Notes: generated by a model not told the origin, from the letters alone. A stretch of 64,000 nt of DNA from an uncultured candidatus Porisulfidus sp. (GCA_965204575.1 OZ241993.1:32001-96000), one strand, 5' to 3'; counted from the stretch's first letter, positions 19,283 to 29,829 are shown. A program made the numbers and translations.

Positions 19283-20020
19283 ATGGATGCAGCAAGCCTG
19301 GCTTTGACCTTCCTCTTTTACGGCGCCACCCTGGTGCTGGTGCTGGGTGTCGCCCTGCGCATCCGCCGGTACGCCACGGTTCCGGCCCCCCTCAAGATCC
19401 CGACCACGCCGGCTCCGACCAGCCGCACCGGCGTCGCCCTGCGCATGCTCCGGGAACTGACCCTGTTCGAGAGCCTGTTCAAGTCGAACAAGTGGATCTG
19501 GCTGTTCGGCTGGATGTTCCACTTCGGCCTGCTGCTGGTGCTGCTTCGCCACCTGCGCTACTTCACCGATCCCGTCTGGGGCTGGGTGGCGTTCCTGCAA
19601 CCGTACGGGAAGTACGCCTCCCTGATGATGGTGATCGGGCTGCTGGGGCTCTGGTTCCGGCGCGTGGCGGTCGACCGGGTGCGCTACATCTCCGCACTGT
19701 CCGACCACCTGATGCTGGCCCTGCTGATCGCCATCGGCGCCACCGGCATCGCCATGACCTTCGCCGTCGGCACGGACGTGGTTGCCGTCAAGGCATTCTT
19801 CCTCGGGCTGATGTGGTTCGACTGGCAGCCGCTGCCGGCCGACCCGCTCCTCTACCTGCACCTGGTACTCGTCGCCCTGCTGATGCTGGTGTTCCCGTTC
19901 AGCAAGCTGCTGCACGCCCCCGGCGTGTTCTTCAGCCCCACCCGCAATCAGGCCGACAACCCCCGGGAACACCGCCACGTCTCCGCCTGGGCGCTGAAAC
20001 TCGAGAAAGGAAATGGCTGA
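19283..20020 (+). CDS. dsrM: DsrM, NarI-like cytochrome b
   Basis: PLKIPTTPAP, MFHFGL..RHLRYF, FPFSKLLHAPG; hydrophobic. Confidence 0.96.
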   Translation: MDAASLALTFLFYGATLVLVLGVALRIRRYATVPAPLKIPTTPAPTSRTGVALRMLRELTLFESLFKSNKWIWLFGWMFHFGLLLVLLRHLRYFTDPVWGWVAFLQPYGKYASLMMVIGLLGLWFRRVAVDRVRYISALSDHLMLALLIAIGATGIAMTFAVGTDVVAVKAFFLGLMWFDWQPLPADPLLYLHLVLVALLMLVFPFSKLLHAPGVFFSPTRNQADNPREHRHVSAWALKLEKGNG

Positions 20021-21545
20021 ACAACCCGCCTTCGATGTCCCGGAACTCAAGCCGTACCCGGTCATCCCGAAGCTGGTCGAGGATACGATGGCGCACAGCC
20101 AGCCGTTCGTCGCCAAGCCCGACTTCCAGGAACCGCTCGGCTTCCCGGGTGAACTGGTCGACGACTGGCAGGACGTCGCGATCAAGAAGATGGGCGAGTT
20201 GACGGACCGTTACCGCTCGCTGCAGGTGTTCCTCGATTCCTGCGTCAAGTGCGGCGCCTGCACCGACAAGTGCCACTACTATCTCGGCACCACCGACCCC
20301 AAGAACATGCCGGTCGCCCGCCAGGACCTGTTCCGCAAGGTGTACCGGCGCCACTACACGTTCGCCGGCAAGTACCTCCCGTGGCTGGTCGGCGCCGAGG
20401 ACCTGACCGAAGAGGTGCTCGACGACTGGTACAAGTACTTCCACCAGTGCTCGCAGTGCCGCCGCTGCTCGGTCTACTGCCCCTACGGCATCGACACCGC
20501 GGAGATCTCGATGGCGGCGCGCGAGGTCATGGATGCGATCGGCAAGGGCCAGAAGTACTGCAACGAGATCATCGGCAAGGTGCACACCATCGGCAACAAC
20601 CTGGGCCTGCCGGAACCGGCCCTGCTGGACACCCTGGAAGGCCTGGAGGAAGAAGTCGAGGAAGATACCGGCGTTGCGGTCAAGTTCCCGCTGGACCAGA
20701 AAGGCGCCGACATCCTGCTGGTGACCCCCTCGGCCGATTTCTTCGCCGAACCCCACGTCGACGGCCTGATCGGGTACGCCAAGGTCCTGCACGAGGCCGG
20801 GCTGTCCTGGACCCTGAGCTCGCACGCTTCGGAAGCCGCCAACTTCGGCATGTTCATCGGCAGCTACGAAAACATGCGCAAGGTCGCCCTGCGCATCCGG
20901 GAGGCGGCGCTGGACCTCGGCGTGAAGCGCATCGTGTTCGGCGAATGCGGCCACGCCTGGCGGGTCGCGTACAGCTTCCTCAACACGCTGGCCGGCCCCT
21001 TCGACTTCCTGGACCCCCGATACCCGGTCCCCCAGCACATCTGCGAAGTCACCCATGGCCTGATCCAGGAAGGCAAGCTCCGGCTCAACAAGTCGGAAAA
21101 CGACCACATGGTGCTGACCTACCACGATTCCTGCAACGTGGCCCGCGCCTCGCGCATGGGCGACATCCCGGGCGGACAGTTCGAGATCCCGCGCGCCATC
21201 ATCCGCGCCAGCTGCAACCATTTCTACGACATGCCGGCCGATACCGTCCGCGAAGCGACCTACTGCTGCGGCGGCGGCGGCGGGCTTCTGACCGACGACC
21301 TGATCGAGTTGCGCGTCAAGGGCGCCCTGCCCCGCATGGAGGCCCTCAAACAGGTTGTCGAGGACCACGGCGTCACCCACATGGCCGCCATCTGCGCCAT
21401 CTGCAAGAGCCAGTTCGCCAAGGTCCTGACCTACTACGGATTCCAGATGGACCAGATCGTCAGCGTTCACCAGTTGGTGAGCGAGGCCGTCATCCTGACC
21501 GGAAGCGAACAAGAGAAAGAGGCCGAGATGAGCGAGGCCGCTTGA
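20013..21545 (+). CDS. dsrK: DsrK, Fe-S/CCG-domain protein
   Basis: CVKCGACTDKC, CSQCRRCSVYC, GECGHAWR, YCCGGGGG. Confidence 0.97.
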   Translation: MAEQPAFDVPELKPYPVIPKLVEDTMAHSQPFVAKPDFQEPLGFPGELVDDWQDVAIKKMGELTDRYRSLQVFLDSCVKCGACTDKCHYYLGTTDPKNMPVARQDLFRKVYRRHYTFAGKYLPWLVGAEDLTEEVLDDWYKYFHQCSQCRRCSVYCPYGIDTAEISMAAREVMDAIGKGQKYCNEIIGKVHTIGNNLGLPEPALLDTLEGLEEEVEEDTGVAVKFPLDQKGADILLVTPSADFFAEPHVDGLIGYAKVLHEAGLSWTLSSHASEAANFGMFIGSYENMRKVALRIREAALDLGVKRIVFGECGHAWRVAYSFLNTLAGPFDFLDPRYPVPQHICEVTHGLIQEGKLRLNKSENDHMVLTYHDSCNVARASRMGDIPGGQFEIPRAIIRASCNHFYDMPADTVREATYCCGGGGGLLTDDLIELRVKGALPRMEALKQVVEDHGVTHMAAICAICKSQFAKVLTYYGFQMDQIVSVHQLVSEAVILTGSEQEKEAEMSEAA

Positions 21546-21567
21546 AGACCACTCCCAGGAGAACCCC

Positions 21568-23526
21568 ATGAGCAGTTCAAACGAGTCCCCAATGGAACAG
21601 AAACTCACCTTCCGTCGTTTTGAGGACGACGACTATCAGTGGTCCAGGCCGGGAGACTCGATCTTCGAGGCGGATCATTCGCACAAGTGCCCCACCTACG
21701 TGCACCGCACGCCGCCGTGCCAGGGCAGTTGCCCGTCCGGCGAGGACATCCGCGGCTGGCTGGACATCGTGCGCGGCATCGAGACCCCGCCGGAAGGCAT
21801 GAGCATGCAGGAGTACGCCTTCCGCCGCTCGACCGACGCCAACCCGTTCCCGTCCATGATGGGCCGGGTCTGCCCGGCCCCGTGCCAGGACGGCTGCAAC
21901 CGCAACCACGTCGAGGATTTCGTCGGCATCAATTCGGTCGAGCAGTACATCGGCGACTCGGCCTACGACGAGGGCTTCACGTTCGAACGCCCCGAGCAGA
22001 CCAGCGGCAAGCGGGTCGCCGTCATCGGCGGAGGCCCGGCGGGCCTGGCGGGCGCCTACCAGTTGCGCCGCCGCGGCCATGCCAGCACCGTCTTCGAGAG
22101 CCAGGAGGAACTCGGCGGCATGATGCGCTACGGCATCCCCGGCTACCGCACGCCCCGCGCCTACCTGGACCGCGAGATCGAGCGCATCCTGGAGATGGGC
22201 GACATCGAGGTGCGCAACAACACCAAGGTCGGGACCGACGTCACCATCGAGGAGCTGGAGAAGGAATTCGACGCCATCCTCTGGGCGGTCGGCTGCCAGA
22301 CCGGACGCAAGTTGCCGGTCCCCAACAGCGACGCCCCGAACTGCATCTCCGGTGTCGCCTTCCTCGAAGCCTTCAACAAGGGCCACCTGCAGGTGACCGC
22401 CAACCGCGTCATCTGCGTCGGCGGCGGCGACACCTCCATCGACGTGGTCTCCGTGGCACGACGCCTCGGCAAGATCCAGAGCATGGACGAAAAACTGCGC
22501 CCCGAGCACGTCGTCGGCGGATACGTGGCGCACGATTCCGCAATGGCCGCGGCCCGCGAAGGGGCCGACGTGACGCTCACTTCCCTGTTTCCCAAGGAAG
22601 AGATGACCGCGGCCGAGCACGAGGTGCACGATGCCCTGCACGAAGGCGTCACCATCCGCGATGGCGTCATGCCGGTCGAGGTGCTGCTGGACGACACCGG
22701 CCGCGCCCGCGCCCTGAAAATGGCGGAATGCACCATAGAGGAAGGCCGTCCAAGCCCCGTGGAAGGCACGGAATTCGAGATCGAGGCCGACCTGATCGTG
22801 TCCGCCATCGGCCAGGGCGGCGACCTCGGCGCAGGCCTGGCGGAACTCGACAACGGCCGCGGCCTGATCGACGCCAGCAAGTTCTTCGAGGTCGAAGGCC
22901 GGCCCGGGCATTTCGTGGCGGGCGACATCATCCGCCCGCACCTGCTGACCACCGCCATCGGGCAGGCATCCATCGCCGCCGAAGGCATCGACCAGTACCT
23001 GAAGCAGGCCGAACTGCGCAAGCGCCCGAAGGTGGACGTGCATCACTTCGACCTGCTGGCAAAACTGAGCGAGGCCGGGCTGGACCCCACGCCCTACGAG
23101 GTCGGCGAGACCCGGGGCACCTGCGACAGCGACTTCTCGGTTCACAACTACGAGGACCGCTCCAGCCAGGAGATCATCACCCACGAGAAGCTGTTCCTCG
23201 CCCACTTCCCCTATCAGTCCCGCACCCTGCGAGGCGAATCCGGGCCCGACAGCGAGGCCGTGCTGGGTCACTTCGAGGAACGCGTGATCGGCCTGAACGA
23301 AGAGGAGGCGGTCGCCGAGGCCGGACGCTGCATGAGCTGCGGCATGTGTTTCGAGTGCGACAACTGCGTCGTGTTCTGCCCTCAGGATGCCGTGTTCCGG
23401 GTCAAGAAGGACGAGCATACGACCGGACGCTACGTTGACACCGACTACGACAAGTGCATCGGCTGCCATATCTGCGCCGACGTCTGCCCGACCGGCTACA
23501 TCGACATGGCTCTGGGAGAGCATTAA
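21568..23526 (+). CDS. dsrL: DsrL, NAD(P)H:acceptor oxidoreductase
   Basis: GRVCPAPC, VIGGGPAG, VGGGDTSID, C-terminal ferredoxin motifs CMSCGMCFEC and CIGCHICADVCP. Confidence 0.96.
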   Translation: MSSSNESPMEQKLTFRRFEDDDYQWSRPGDSIFEADHSHKCPTYVHRTPPCQGSCPSGEDIRGWLDIVRGIETPPEGMSMQEYAFRRSTDANPFPSMMGRVCPAPCQDGCNRNHVEDFVGINSVEQYIGDSAYDEGFTFERPEQTSGKRVAVIGGGPAGLAGAYQLRRRGHASTVFESQEELGGMMRYGIPGYRTPRAYLDREIERILEMGDIEVRNNTKVGTDVTIEELEKEFDAILWAVGCQTGRKLPVPNSDAPNCISGVAFLEAFNKGHLQVTANRVICVGGGDTSIDVVSVARRLGKIQSMDEKLRPEHVVGGYVAHDSAMAAAREGADVTLTSLFPKEEMTAAEHEVHDALHEGVTIRDGVMPVEVLLDDTGRARALKMAECTIEEGRPSPVEGTEFEIEADLIVSAIGQGGDLGAGLAELDNGRGLIDASKFFEVEGRPGHFVAGDIIRPHLLTTAIGQASIAAEGIDQYLKQAELRKRPKVDVHHFDLLAKLSEAGLDPTPYEVGETRGTCDSDFSVHNYEDRSSQEIITHEKLFLAHFPYQSRTLRGESGPDSEAVLGHFEERVIGLNEEEAVAEAGRCMSCGMCFECDNCVVFCPQDAVFRVKKDEHTTGRYVDTDYDKCIGCHICADVCPTGYIDMALGEH

Positions 23527-23554
23527 TTCTGAACTCTGGGGTGATCTTCGCGCC

Positions 23555-23983
23555 ATGCGAGCAATCTTGCTCATGCTGTCAGTTGTCGCACTGACAGCGT
23601 TTACGGACGCTTCGGCTGAAGGGTTGGGGCCGTTTATCCCCAAGGCCAAGGGCGAACAATGCGTCGAACCCACCCAGGTGATGCGCGAGCGGCACTGGGA
23701 ATTCATCCTGCACCAGCGCGACGAGACCGTGCACAAGGGCATCCGCACCACCCGCCACTCCCTGAAGAACTGCCTGGAATGCCACGTGCAGGCGGACGAG
23801 GAAGGACGCTTTCCACGGAGTACCGAGCCGGCCCACTTCTGCACCAACTGCCATGTCTTCGCCGGCATCCGCATCGACTGCTTCGAATGCCACGCCGACC
23901 GTCCGCATGAGGCCTACGGCGCAATCCCCCGCCACTCCCGGCTGAGCCTGAACGACCTGTTCCGCAGGAGGGTCGTCCGATGA
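23555..23983 (+). CDS. dsrJ: DsrJ, triheme cytochrome c
   Basis: Signal peptide from ATG 23555; three CxxCH (CLECH, CTNCH, CFECH); HQRDETVHKGIR. Confidence 0.93.
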   Translation: MRAILLMLSVVALTAFTDASAEGLGPFIPKAKGEQCVEPTQVMRERHWEFILHQRDETVHKGIRTTRHSLKNCLECHVQADEEGRFPRSTEPAHFCTNCHVFAGIRIDCFECHADRPHEAYGAIPRHSRLSLNDLFRRRVVR

Positions 23984-24702
23984 GCCTGGATTTCACCCGG
24001 CGCGAATTCCTGCAGGGGGCCGGCGCGGCCGGCGCCCTGACCCTCGCCCCCGGCGTGTTCCTGTACGCCAAGGACCCGGAAGCCCCGGTGACCGATGCCG
24101 TGCGCTGGGGACTGCTGGTGGACACCCGGCTGTGCCAGGAAGACTGCGATGCCTGCGTGACGGCCTGCAACGAGGAGCACAACCTGGAGGATCTCGGCCG
24201 TCCCGAGACCGATGCGCAATGGATCCGGAAACTGACCGTCCGCGACCCGCTCGGGGGGCGGACGATCTCGCTACCGATGATGTGCCAGCACTGCGAGCAT
24301 CCCCCCTGCGTGGATGTCTGCCCGACGGGCGCCTCGTTCCGCCGCGAGGACGGCATCGTGCTGGTCGACAAGCACACCTGCATCGGCTGCCGCTACTGCA
24401 TGATGGCCTGCCCCTACAAGGCGCGCTCGTTCATCCATGAAAACCTGACCGAACAGCTGCCCGACGCGCCGCGCGGCAAGGGCTGCGTCGAAAGCTGCAC
24501 GATGTGCGTGCACAAGGTCGATGCCGGGGAGAACACGACCGCCTGCGCGGAAGCCTGCCACAAGGACGGGCACCAGGCCATCCTGTTCGGCGACCTGAAC
24601 GACCCGGGCAGCGAGATCTCCAAGCGCATCCGGGAGTTCGGCGCGACCCAGATCCGGGCCGACCTCGGGCTCAACACCGGCGTACGCTACCAGAACCTAT
24701 GA
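23980..24702 (+). CDS. dsrO: DsrO, Tat-exported ferredoxin-like protein
   Basis: TRREFL Tat motif; CQHCEHPPCVDVCP and CIGCRYCMMACPY. Confidence 0.95.
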   Translation: MSLDFTRREFLQGAGAAGALTLAPGVFLYAKDPEAPVTDAVRWGLLVDTRLCQEDCDACVTACNEEHNLEDLGRPETDAQWIRKLTVRDPLGGRTISLPMMCQHCEHPPCVDVCPTGASFRREDGIVLVDKHTCIGCRYCMMACPYKARSFIHENLTEQLPDAPRGKGCVESCTMCVHKVDAGENTTACAEACHKDGHQAILFGDLNDPGSEISKRIREFGATQIRADLGLNTGVRYQNL

Positions 24703-25898
24703 GCATCGCCTCGACCCGCTACGCTACCCTGGATGCCGGCCGCAGCTACTGGGGCCTGCTCGCCGTGCTGGCGGGGGTGACTCTGGCCGGGCTGGCCGGA
24801 TTCCTCCACCTGGAGCACGAGGGCCATTGGATCACCGGCATGAACAACCAGGTCGTGTGGGGCATCCCGCACGTCTTCGCCGTGTTCCTGATCGTCGCCG
24901 CTTCCGGTGCCCTGAACGTCGCGTCCATCGCCTCCGTATTCGGCCAAGTTACCTACAAGCCATTGGCCCGCCTGTCCGGGCTGCTGGCCGCAGGCCTCCT
25001 GATCGGCGGCCTGGCCATCCTGGTGCTGGATCTCGGCCGACCGGACCGGCTGATCGTGGCCATGACCTACTACAACTTCAAGTCCATCTTCGCCTGGAAC
25101 ATCTTCCTGTACACCGGGCTGCTGGCCGTGATCGCCATTTACATGTTCGTGCTGTTCCAGCCTGCGTTCGCCCGCTGGACCCGGGCCGCCGGCATCCTGG
25201 CCTTGCTGTGGCGCTTGATCCTGACCACTGGTACCGGCGCCATCTTCGGTTTTCTGGTCGCCCGCCAGGGATACGACGCGGCCATCATGGCACCCCTGTT
25301 CATCATCATGTCGTTCTCGTTCGGCACGGCCGTGTTCCTGCTGGTCCTGGCCGCGGCCTGCCACGGTTCCGGACGCGTCCTCGGTGACGCCCTGCTGTTC
25401 CGCCTGAAGAACCTGCTCGCCGTATTCGTCTCCGCGGTGCTTTACTTCGTCCTGGCCTACCATCTCACCAACCTCTATGCCACCGAGCACCATGGCTATG
25501 AGGCATTCATCCTGAATTTCGAGAGCCTGTACTCGAAGCTGTTCTGGCTTGGACAGGTCGGCCTCGGTTCTCTCTTGCCGCTGGCCCTGTTCTACTCCCC
25601 GAAGACCCGGCACTGCCGCGTCAGCACGCTTGTCGGCGCAAGCCTGGTTATCCTCGGCGGCCTGATCCAGATGTACGTCATCATCATCGCCGGGCAGGCG
25701 TACCCGCTAGTCCTGTTCCCCGGCATGGAGGAAAGCAGTTCGTTCTATGACGGCGTAGTCGCCTCTTACATCCCGAGCATCTGGGAGTTCCTGCTGGGCT
25801 TCACCGGCGTCGCCATCAGCCTGATCGTTGTGGTCGCGGGTTTGGGCGCGTTGGGCATTCTCCCCGAAAACCTGTCGGATCCCGAGCCGACCGCCTAG
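24699..25898 (+). CDS. dsrP: DsrP, NrfD/PsrC-family membrane protein
   Basis: TGMNNQVVWGIPHVFA, LDLGRPDRL; many transmembrane helices; start at ATG 24699 overlapping the dsrO stop. Confidence 0.95.
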   Translation: MSIASTRYATLDAGRSYWGLLAVLAGVTLAGLAGFLHLEHEGHWITGMNNQVVWGIPHVFAVFLIVAASGALNVASIASVFGQVTYKPLARLSGLLAAGLLIGGLAILVLDLGRPDRLIVAMTYYNFKSIFAWNIFLYTGLLAVIAIYMFVLFQPAFARWTRAAGILALLWRLILTTGTGAIFGFLVARQGYDAAIMAPLFIIMSFSFGTAVFLLVLAAACHGSGRVLGDALLFRLKNLLAVFVSAVLYFVLAYHLTNLYATEHHGYEAFILNFESLYSKLFWLGQVGLGSLLPLALFYSPKTRHCRVSTLVGASLVILGGLIQMYVIIIAGQAYPLVLFPGMEESSSFYDGVVASYIPSIWEFLLGFTGVAISLIVVVAGLGALGILPENLSDPEPTA

Positions 25899-25907
25899 GC
25901 TTTGCCC

Positions 25908-27284
25908 ATGCCCGGCCAGAACCGCCGGCTTTACCTGTCGGCAAGCCGGAAGTCCAGCGGAAAGACCTGTCTCTCCATTGGCCTCCTGCACACGCTCGGC
26001 CAACAAGGAATCACTGCCCAACCTTTCAAGAAAGGGCCCGACTACATTGATCCGATGTGGCTGTCCCGCGCCGCCGGGCAGCCCTGCTACAACCTGGACT
26101 TCAACACGCAAAGCCATCAGGAGATCCTCGACACCGCTGCCCGCGATTCCGCTACCGGCTGCACCCTAATTGAGGGTAACTTGGGGCTGTTCGATGGCAT
26201 GGCAGAGGATGGCTCTGATAGCAATGCGGCTCTCGCGAAGCTGCTGCAGGCGCCCGTTGCGCTCGTGTTGGACTGCGAGGGCATGACCCGGGGCATTGCG
26301 CCGCTGGTCCTCGGCTACCAGCAGTTCGACCCCGAACTGCAATGGACCGGCGTGATTCTCAATCGAACCGCCGGCAGCCGGCATGAATCCAAACTCCTCC
26401 ATGCCGTGGAGCAGCACACCGACCTGTCCGTGCTTGGGGCTGTTGGGAGATCCCCAGACATGGAACTGACCGAGCGCCACCTCGGGCTCATCACTCGTAC
26501 GGAGCAAGTCGATGCGGATCAGCGCATTGAAAAGATGGGCCGAGTCGTAACCGAGAACATCGATATCGAAAGACTGTTCAGTCTGGCGAACGGCCCGGAC
26601 ACAGCTCCAGTGACAGGAGCCCCGATATCTACGCCCGAGCCGAATTTACGCATTGGCTATGCCCAGGATGCCGCGTTCGGGTTCTACTACGCGGACGACC
26701 TGGAACGGTTCGCCCAGTTGGGTGCAGAGTTGGTGCCGTTTGACACGCTGCACGACACCAAACTCCCCGAGATGGACGGCCTGTGGCTCGGCGGCGGGTT
26801 TCCGGAAACCCAAGCTGAAGCCCTCTCAGCCAACACCCCCATGAAGGAAGCCCTGTGTGAGCGTATCGCGGCCGGATTGCCGACCTACGCCGAGTGCGGC
26901 GGCCTCATGTACCTGTCCAGGAAAATCTCCTGGGAAGGCCAGACTCACGAGATGGTGGGCGTCGTCCCCGGCGATTGCGTGATGGATTCACGCCCGCAAG
27001 GACGAGGGCTGGTGGAACTGGAGGCCACGGGTGACTTCCCCTGGCCCGATGTGCCCTCGGAGCTGCAGGTGCCCGCACACGAATTTCATTACTCGCGCCT
27101 TGAAAATCTGGATGGCGGCCTGCGCTGGGGCTGGCGGGTCCGGCGCGGCACCGGCACGGCCGAGGAAATGGACGGCCTGATCCTAGGCAACCTGTTTGCC
27201 AGTTATTGTCACCTGCGTCATACGGAGCGCTTCGAGTGGATTCGGTATTTTCTTGAATTTGTGCGGAAATGTGAGGACATGTAA
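25908..27284 (+). CDS. dsrN: DsrN, siroheme amidase (CobB/CbiA family)
   Basis: KSSGKT, FKKGPDYIDP, YAECGGLMYL, HEFHYS; last gene of the dsr operon. Confidence 0.93.
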   Translation: MPGQNRRLYLSASRKSSGKTCLSIGLLHTLGQQGITAQPFKKGPDYIDPMWLSRAAGQPCYNLDFNTQSHQEILDTAARDSATGCTLIEGNLGLFDGMAEDGSDSNAALAKLLQAPVALVLDCEGMTRGIAPLVLGYQQFDPELQWTGVILNRTAGSRHESKLLHAVEQHTDLSVLGAVGRSPDMELTERHLGLITRTEQVDADQRIEKMGRVVTENIDIERLFSLANGPDTAPVTGAPISTPEPNLRIGYAQDAAFGFYYADDLERFAQLGAELVPFDTLHDTKLPEMDGLWLGGGFPETQAEALSANTPMKEALCERIAAGLPTYAECGGLMYLSRKISWEGQTHEMVGVVPGDCVMDSRPQGRGLVELEATGDFPWPDVPSELQVPAHEFHYSRLENLDGGLRWGWRVRRGTGTAEEMDGLILGNLFASYCHLRHTERFEWIRYFLEFVRKCEDM

Positions 27285-27382
27285 CTCTCAAAATATTTAA
27301 ATGTAATTCACTAAAAATAATGCCTTGATTTATTCTATAAGTAAGGATATACTTATAAAAGTAATGACACCTTTATTAATCA

Positions 27383-27622
27383 ATGCTTGAATCAACCATT
27401 ACCTCCAAGGGGCAGACCACGCTGCCAAAGCCTGTACGGGAAGCACTCGGGGCTTCTCCGGGAGACCGTGTACGCTACGTCATCCTTGATGACGGCATTC
27501 GAATCCTGCCTCTGCGATCAATCAAAACATTGTTCGGGGCATTCAAATCTCACTATAGTGGGCCGCCGGCAACGCTGGAAGACATGGATCGCGCCATCGC
27601 GAAAGGGGCATGCGAAGAATGA
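27383..27622 (+). CDS. AbrB/MazE-family antitoxin
   Basis: STITSKGQTTLPKPVREALG..GDRV. Confidence 0.9.
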   Translation: MLESTITSKGQTTLPKPVREALGASPGDRVRYVILDDGIRILPLRSIKTLFGAFKSHYSGPPATLEDMDRAIAKGACEE

Positions 27623-28023
27623 TCGCGCTTGATACGAACGTATTGGTTCGTCATCTACTTGACGACGATGAACACCAAGCCAAGGCAGCGCGGAATCTGC
27701 TTTCGGAATTAACTCCCGAGCAGCCGGGCTTTATTTGTCGCGAAGTGACCGTCGAACTTGCTTGGGTTCTCCAAAATACCTATGGATTCTCCCGTGACCT
27801 AATCTCAGAAGCACTGGAAGACCTTATTGCCACTAAGGAACTCAAGTTTGAGGCTGCCGACGATGTTGTGTCCGCCATCAATCATTACAGAGAAGGCGGA
27901 GCTAGCTTGCCAGACCGGATGATTGTTGCAGCGTCAAAGCGGCGCGGAGCACATTCCCTTTTTACTTTCGATCAAAAGTTGGCGCGTCTTGAAGGGGTCT
28001 CTCTGCTGGGAGAGCCAGCTTGA
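27619..28023 (+). CDS. vapC: VapC PIN-domain toxin
   Basis: MIALDTNVLVR, ELAWVL, D.MI, FTFDQKL; ATGA overlap with the antitoxin. Confidence 0.9.
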   Translation: MIALDTNVLVRHLLDDDEHQAKAARNLLSELTPEQPGFICREVTVELAWVLQNTYGFSRDLISEALEDLIATKELKFEAADDVVSAINHYREGGASLPDRMIVAASKRRGAHSLFTFDQKLARLEGVSLLGEPA

Positions 28024-28042
28024 AGATACTGTAAACGAAAGC

Positions 28043-28291
28043 CTACTTCATTAAATCATCGACACTGCGCCAATGAATCAATCCCTCTCCTGTCTGAGCT
28101 TGGCGAATGGCTTCACGAGTCTCCTCATTAGGGATATTCACCGGAAAAGGTAGACCTTGGCACAGAGCGACCTGTTTGTAGAACAATGTAATTGCTTCGG
28201 CCGCGGATAAACCGAGGGTCGAAAAGGCTTCTTCGGCGTCACGTTTGACGTCAGGATCTACGCGAGCTCGAATTGTTACAGTCTTGGCCAT
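28043..28291 (-). CDS. RelB/DinJ-family antitoxin, orphan
   Basis: IRARVDPDVKRDAE..LGLSAAEAI..GLPFPVNIPNEET; no toxin downstream. Confidence 0.88.
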   Translation of the reverse strand: MAKTVTIRARVDPDVKRDAEEAFSTLGLSAAEAITLFYKQVALCQGLPFPVNIPNEETREAIRQAQTGEGLIHWRSVDDLMK

Positions 28292-28298
28292 GAAGTCC

Positions 28299-29333
28299 CT
28301 ACTCCATCAGGTTAACCGCCACTCCTTTTTCTTGCAGGTGCTCCGCCCGCACTTGAATGTAACGCTGGAATTCGTCGTATTCTAAATACGCTCCCGAAGC
28401 CACATAGTCCAGGATGGACTGCACGTGAAAGGCCTTGACATAGCCTTCGTTCCGGAAAACTTCCTTACCTTCCGGATCGAACATTACTTGCGTCGGGACG
28501 ACCTTGACTCCCAGGTGCATCGCCCAGTTCAAGGAGTCCGTCTCTTTCCCTGAGGGGGTTGTCAGCGGTGCTCTCTCGCGGATATCCAATACTGCGATCT
28601 CGAATTTCTCAAGAACGTCCCGCGTTTCCGGCCGGCGAAAAATATCCTGATGCAGTTCGTCACAGCCCAAGCACTCTTTTTGTTCGAACATGACTAACAG
28701 GGGCTTGTCAGGATCGCGCTTTGTCAGATCAAACGGCGGCCCGGACACAGTCGAAGACTCGACATGGAGAGTTCCGCTCCCGGCCTGCTTGTCCTGGCTT
28801 CCGTAGTACTCGACGAACCGCTCGCTCGTATAGCGTCGTTCCGAGATGAAACGCATCACAGCCCGGAACCGGGGCGGCGTGTAGTAGCCGTTCATGCGAA
28901 AGATGACCAAACCGTCCTCGCCAAAAACCAAAAGGGTCGGAGTAAACATCACCCGGACCTTCATTGCGAATTCGCTCTCGGGCAGAACCTCTCCATCCAC
29001 ATCGGTCACTTCCAGGGAGCCGAACATGTTGATTGCCACGATGTCGAAGTGCTGCTGGGCATATTCGGCAATGTCGTACTGGCCCAAGTCATTCTCAATG
29101 AACATCTTGCAGTACGGACAACCATCCTGATAGAAATACAACATCAGGTGGCGGTCTTCCGCAGAGGCTTCCTCAATATCCTCGTTCAGGTCCAGAAACG
29201 ACTGCTTGAACCACTCCGGATGGGGCACGTAGCCCGGATTGGTCATGTCCGAACCCAATGCGGGGTCAGACTCGGCCCAAGCCGCAGGCCAAGCCAGCGT
29301 ACAGATCAAAAGAGCGGCAAACAGCCTGCGCAT
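28299..29333 (-). CDS. Exported double thioredoxin-fold protein (SoxW-like)
   Basis: Signal peptide; two thioredoxin-like domains with CPYC and CLGC; distal end of the sox cluster. Confidence 0.78.
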   Translation of the reverse strand: MRRLFAALLICTLAWPAAWAESDPALGSDMTNPGYVPHPEWFKQSFLDLNEDIEEASAEDRHLMLYFYQDGCPYCKMFIENDLGQYDIAEYAQQHFDIVAINMFGSLEVTDVDGEVLPESEFAMKVRVMFTPTLLVFGEDGLVIFRMNGYYTPPRFRAVMRFISERRYTSERFVEYYGSQDKQAGSGTLHVESSTVSGPPFDLTKRDPDKPLLVMFEQKECLGCDELHQDIFRRPETRDVLEKFEIAVLDIRERAPLTTPSGKETDSLNWAMHLGVKVVPTQVMFDPEGKEVFRNEGYVKAFHVQSILDYVASGAYLEYDEFQRYIQVRAEHLQEKGVAVNLME

Positions 29334-29341
29334 AACTCCGG

Positions 29342-29809
29342 TTACTCTTCGAATTCCAGGTCGCTCATGACCTCATCGATCCCGGCTTGGGCGCAGACCT
29401 CGTCAATTTCCCCGGTCGCGCCGGAAACCCCCACACCCCCGTAGAACTGGCCTCCCGCCTCGATCGGCAGTCCGCCGCGCAAACGAGTCAATTTCTTGCT
29501 GGCACGCGCCAGGGGTTTTGGAACTTCCATGCTTGCCAGGCGCATGTTCGCTGAAGTCTTGGCCTTTTTCTTGGCGATTTTGACCGTGACCGGCGAAGCG
29601 AGCGCATGGCGTAACAACGCCTGGATCCGCCCATCGCGCGCCACCACTGCGGCCGTGACCTGGTAGCCTTCCTTGGCGCAATGCTCCAAGGCGGTCACCA
29701 CGATCCGCTGGGCAATGTCCGCGGTGATCAACTTGACCGTGACCGTATTGCCTGCGACGACAGGCGCCGCAAGGCAAAACAGCAATAAACCTGTAGCGAT
29801 TCGTTTCAT
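29342..29809 (-). CDS. Exported GlcG/HbpS-family heme-binding protein
   Basis: VTAAVVARDG, AKKKAKTS, GGLPI..GGVGVSGA..DEVCAQAG. Confidence 0.85.
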   Translation of the reverse strand: MKRIATGLLLFCLAAPVVAGNTVTVKLITADIAQRIVVTALEHCAKEGYQVTAAVVARDGRIQALLRHALASPVTVKIAKKKAKTSANMRLASMEVPKPLARASKKLTRLRGGLPIEAGGQFYGGVGVSGATGEIDEVCAQAGIDEVMSDLEFEE

Positions 29810-29829
29810 GAATTCCTCCTTTTGAAGTT

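Noticed and set aside
15324-23874. Very long antisense ORFs (815, 558 and 765 aa) opposite dsrAB, dsrK and dsrL, and similar ones opposite other genes
   Set aside because: Shadow frames expected from strong GC3 codon bias; they have no recognisable motifs and fully overlap well-supported genes.
23387-24698. Longer dsrJ (23387) and dsrP (24504) starts in the ORF track
   Set aside because: They overlap dsrL and dsrO extensively; the downstream ATGs give a proper signal peptide and stop-start coupling.
27318-27330. IHF consensus match (AATCAAGGCATTA on the minus strand) at the dsrN/TA junction
   Set aside because: Short degenerate motif in AT-rich DNA; cannot be distinguished from chance without a genome-wide test.
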